The notes under the pieces were generated by a model. That model made no database searches. It saw only the letters and a list, made by a program, of their open reading frames with translations, and was not told the DNA's origin. DNA of 64,000 bases from Rotaria socialis (Eukaryota), in NCBI GenBank assembly GCA_905331295.1, contig CAJNYD010000005.1, positions 186,001-250,000 of the forward strand, in the 5' to 3' direction. Made by a program: the position numbers and the translations under genes. This document shows positions 59,176 to 64,000 of this stretch, one piece after another (position 1 is the stretch's first letter; each line of letters starts with the position of its first letter).

Positions 59176-62100
59176 AAAGAATATGATAAATAAAACATGT
59201 AAAAAAAATGAAGTATTTTCTTCACTTGATCTTTGAGAGTTTAGATTAATATTAATCTAATCAACTTTTAGTTCAAAAACTCCAACTCACATTGTACAGA
59301 AAATATATTTAATTTATGTCAAAACTAATCATTAAACATAGAAAGTCTTTCAATCATATTTAATGCAATAATCTTGATAAAAGGAATTCGTTTTTTTTTA
59401 GGAAATTCAAATTCGTAATATTCAATTTTAATGTGTGTATAATTATTGATTAAAATAATCAGAATGTATTTTAATGAAAATCAAAGCAAACATTCTCGAA
59501 GTTAAATACAGTGAAAGATAGTCAACTCTAAACTCTATTGAATTATACAATTATCAAGTTATTTTACAGTGCTCCATCGAATAAAATTATACAGAAAAAC
59601 AGCATATAGTTGTTTGTTATTTTGGTGCTATCTACTACTTAAATTTTTCAAATAAATCATCAACTATATGAATCAATCGAAACAAGACATTTGATTTCCG
59701 TAATACAATAGAATAACATTGAATTCATCTGTTAGTCAATGAAAATGATTGAAAGTACCAAAAAGTTAAATGGCTTTTTAACGTTTTAAAAATTCAAAAT
59801 AATTTATATTTTCCATAAAGAACTCGTAATTTTAGTCATCATCGATGCATTCATTCTTTTAGCATACACACGCAATGCTTTTGTTCATTTAAAGTAATTA
59901 CGGAAAGGTGTGCGTGCACATTTGAAATTTAATGCATCTAAGTAGTATTTGTCGCGTCATTCAAGACGTTAGAATATAGTGTCAGTGCTGATAATGATTT
60001 GTGCATGTTGACTAATCCGTACGGTACCAAATGACAGGAAATAGAACAGGAACAAGATTTGTTCATTATATGAATTGAAATATACATGCTTTATAGCTGT
60101 TCATTTTAAGAATACTCTTTTTTTTCTTCCCTATAAATGATGCAAGTATAATAAAGAGTTCATTTAGCTACGGTTTCTTCTTTTGTGATTGTGAAAACAA
60201 TAAAAAACAAAAAGACTAGTTCACAATATGCCCTTTTTTCTACTTTCCTTTAACAAACATATAGCGACTACTCTATTGGATTGCAGCATCGAAAGGTTAC
60301 CCGTACTTCCTGTCTATAGTCACACTTTCATTTTCCAGTTTTTTTTCTTTGATAAAGCCCCGTGAGTGCAATTATTTTTATATAAAAAAAAAAAAGAAAA
60401 AGTCGAAGAAGACAAAGCACAGTCGTCGCCCATAGCGATATTTTGAAGAAAAAGAAATGAGCTGTTCGACCGTAAAAAACTGACGTCTTTATCTCATCTT
60501 CCTGTCAACACCTTTTTTTCTTCATCATTTTAGATTCATTCATGTGCATTCTACTTTTTTCTTTTCATTGTTCTCTTACTAGAGAACATACAAAGAGCAG
60601 GAAAAAAAGTTAAAAGTTGAACTCAAGAAGCAAAGAAGAATTATATTAGACATTAGAGAAAAAAGGTCGCTGGTGAAGATTATCACAGAAAGCATACAAA
60701 GGCCCGCTGAAAAGAATAAGAAGAGTAATTAACTCATTATTGTGAATGGGCGATAAATATGAAATGAGTTAAATTCTATGAGTCGATTAATAGAAAGTTA
60801 ATTGTTATTATATTACTTCAAAAAAAGTAAGTTTTTCCAGAATATTTCATGCATTGATGTAAAAACAGTGCGTAAAGTTTATTTGCTCTTCAAGCATTCA
60901 GTTTGTTCACTTAGTAATATGATCAAATCATCTATATCCTTTCGCTGAACATTAATTATACTTGAATACATTGAAATCTCATTCCCTTTGTGTCTATAGG
61001 TGGTCTGTTTTATCTTAATTTTCTTTCTTTCTTTCGTCTTGTTAAACAGAAAAAAAAGTGATGCTGAAAAAAAATTCACTCCTCCGCACACATGTTGTCG
61101 CTAAGTACACGTAAACGAGAATAGTTGTTGTGAAAGATAAATTGACTGACTGGCTACGAAGGAACACAAGCAGAACGGAAGAAACTTCTTTTTTTTCTTT
61201 TTTTTTTGACTACATCTCACACAACACATTTTATTTCAAAGTCAAACAAAATTTCATAGTGCAGTTGCATGTTGTATGTAGAGTCTTGACAACAACACCA
61301 TCTTGATCATATTCTCAGCATAATGATGGACATTCAACAGGTGAGAATAGAACTAAGCATGTTAGGATTTCGATTATTTTAGAAAGATAAACAAAAACTT
61401 GTTAATGAGACTTGAAATTCATCTTAGATTCATTATGAAGAGTCTCTATGAAATCTATTGATTTTAAGAATTTAAACAGAAAATTTCTTCTTAAAATAAC
61501 AATAGAAATGAAAACAGGAGAGGTCTCTTTGTATAATGGACTAGTATTGTTTCATTTTGAATTGACTAATGGAAAGTGGATCCTTCTTTTTCATATAGTG
61601 CTGCTCTTTCAAGTACCTGAGAGAGACAGAGCTAGAAAGTAATGTTAGAGGCAATGTCTATTGTCTTCTTTAAGAGTGTAAACAAAGTCTTCTCTCTTTT
61701 CATTTTTAACATGAAAAGATACATCAAAAATGAGAGAAAGGTGTTATTCTTTCACAGAACGTATGAGATGCTAATTAGGATGAAAAAAAAATCATATAAG
61801 AACAGTTGTTTATTTTAATTAACTCACCTGTTCAACATCATCTATCATTAGTCGAATGATTGTCAAAGAAACGCTTCAATTAGTACCGCTGTAATGATTT
61901 TCAAATAAGATAATGAACATCATCGTCTTTTATTACTCTATCGCATCATTCCATTTCGTCTACTGACCCACCTACATACGCATTATTTCTCCGAAAGATA
62001 AAGGTACTCTTTTTTTTGATGTTGTCAAGTGTACTGGCCAAAAGATAAGGCACAAGTGGCATCTTGTCATCATGATCATATATCTATGGATATATATACG

Positions 62101-62186
62101 CACGATAAAGTGTGTCTATCAAATACTCAACTTGTTTTATTTCATTTCTAGAATTATTGTCATGCGCTTCGTCTTTATTGATCGTC

Positions 62187-63931
62187 ATGTTAATAATGGC
62201 GACAATAATTCATCGAGCAATGAAACAACATTATATTGATAATAAAGTCACTTTTCCTATTTCAAAAGGTATCAAACGATTACGAGATTATCAAGAGCAA
62301 AAGCAATTAATAAAATGTGATCGATCATTAGAACATCGAAAAAAAGTTCAAAGAATTAATGAAAAAGAAGAAGAACAACATCAACAATATCATTGTCAAG
62401 TTTATCTAAAATTATTTCCATCAACATTAAAATGTTCAGTTGATGTTATTGTTGAATCAATAAATAAGCAAACGAATAACAGTGATGATATTGATTCGAT
62501 TTTAATAGCAAAAACTCGAATACCAAAAACAATTAAGCCAGGTTTGATTCAAAATAAATTATTTCTATTCTAAATTGAACATAATTTGTTTTCTTTTTCT
62601 TTTTCTTTTTAAAGGAGTTATACGTGTTCGTCTGGTGTCGTCGTTATTTAGTGCCGATATTGATGTACATGAAGAACCATCTCTGATTAAACTTGAAACA
62701 ATCAGAAATCAACCTTATCATAATCATTTTGATAAACAATTTGCTCTTATATTAAAAGTAAATTTAATCTTAATCTTATTATGAATCAAATAAATATCTT
62801 TGAAAATATTTTATTTATTAGAACAGTCGAATCGGCCCAGGCGCTATTGGTAAATTATTTATTGAATCGTTAGATCCATCAAACGGGTCATATACGAATA
62901 ATCCACCTATTTTTGAACTCAATCTTAATATGGCATCGGAGTATGAAATTCTTTTGACTTCATCACATCAGGTAGGCATCCGCTGTATGTTTAATGAAGT
63001 TGAAATGAGCAATCAGACTTTTGTATTGTTCTTTCTCCGATTGATATGAGAAACCGTGTGAAAGAATGATGATCATGTGTCAATATACGTATGGAACGAA
63101 AATGAGAATTGAAGCTGTATCAATAAGACTATATATAGGGAGAATGAAAAATAAAAAAGAAGAAGAAAAATATATGTTATTTGCATAATTTATTGCTAAA
63201 GAAATCAAACTGTTGAATCCAGGTAGTGTGATAGGAGAAAGGAAAAAATAGAGAAGAGAAAAGAAAAGATTGTATTAGATGATGCATGAATAAAATTGAA
63301 AAGACTATTGGACAAGTTCAAAAGTGTTGAAATATAATAGAAATGAATTTGTTATGTATTTTATTAAAAGAAATTCAAACGTCATTTTGAAGAGCTTTTT
63401 GTTTTATATGTTTACATAAGAATATTTGATCTATTGAACCGGAAAAACAATATTGCCTAAAGGAATAAACATATCATTTAATTCTCATTTAGAAAAGTGA
63501 CAATAATGCAATTTATACTTCTTTACAATGTGGTTGTATTCTTTCTTCGGATCAATCTTGCTTAAGTATCAGTGACAAATGCAATGTAAGGAATATTTAT
63601 TATTGCTTTTAATTATATATCTGTTTATTTTTAGTTGACATTAAACGATATGAAACTTATTCATCGTCTATCTGAACCTCTCCGTTGTTCATGGAAATCA
63701 ATTGGTCGCGAATTATCTCCTTGTTTTTCTGAAATTGATTTAGATGATTTCAATCAAAGATATTTTCTATCCGACGGAAATCAAGAATGTACTTATCAAC
63801 TATTACGAGAATGGTACATACGTGATCCTCATCAAGCAAATATTCGCTATTTACTAACTCGATTAAAACTTCCTTTTCACCTTATTATGACAATTCACAA
63901 CGATGTTGTGAAAACATTTTCTTCTTTCTAA
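62187..63931 (+). CDS. Death-domain protein with an upstream beta-rich (UPA-like) region, 5 coding exons
   Basis: In-frame splicing of exons ~62187-62541, ~62615-62757, ~62822-62971, ~63493-63585 and 63635-63931. Last exon LSEPLRCSWKSIGREL...FSEIDLDDF...QECTYQLLREW...ANIRYLLTRL is a death domain. Start codon uncertain. Confidence 0.78.
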
Positions 63932-64000
63932 GATAGACAATTTATATGAGCATACTTAATGCATTCCAATCAGTCTGTGTACAGTGTTTTTTAATTTTTT

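Noticed and set aside
1..64000. tRNA/rRNA genes and prokaryotic operons or defence systems
   Set aside because: No cloverleaf or rRNA-like sequence was recognised by eye and most genes have spliceosomal introns. A tRNAscan-SE/Infernal run would be needed to exclude ncRNAs.

Overview
AT-rich eukaryotic (metazoan) genomic DNA with compact genes and many short (about 50-65 nt) GT-AG introns. Gene content, intron style, bacterial/plant-type genes and a PPR-DYW gene ending in 'DHF' suggest a bdelloid rotifer (inference). Gene-dense blocks at 1-12 kb and 32-51.5 kb hold a neuronal calcium sensor, a small ubiquitin-like protein ending GG-LL, a mini-filamin, CFAP36, a divergent Kv-like channel, TTLL7, an intronless APH/homoserine-kinase-II-like gene and a tightly packed same-strand run (BRCA1-type tandem-BRCT gene, RPP25L, LMBRD2, a VAMP). 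Between them (13-31 kb) is a transposon-rich island: a decayed Helitron/Helentron helicase, CCC...GGG non-autonomous elements, a nested MULE, a Tc1/mariner remnant and a piggyBac-like element. The island contains an intact intronless 898-aa gene with an HPD-less J domain, ankyrin cassettes and a NEURL4/PARP-like ADP-ribosyltransferase domain, which is the most unusual system candidate here. The last 12 kb carries a pseudogenised PPR-E-DYW deaminase gene, a FLYWCH MULE derivative, a second Kv-like gene with a degenerate filter and a death-domain gene. Exon boundaries were read by eye and homology calls come from recalled motifs, not searches.
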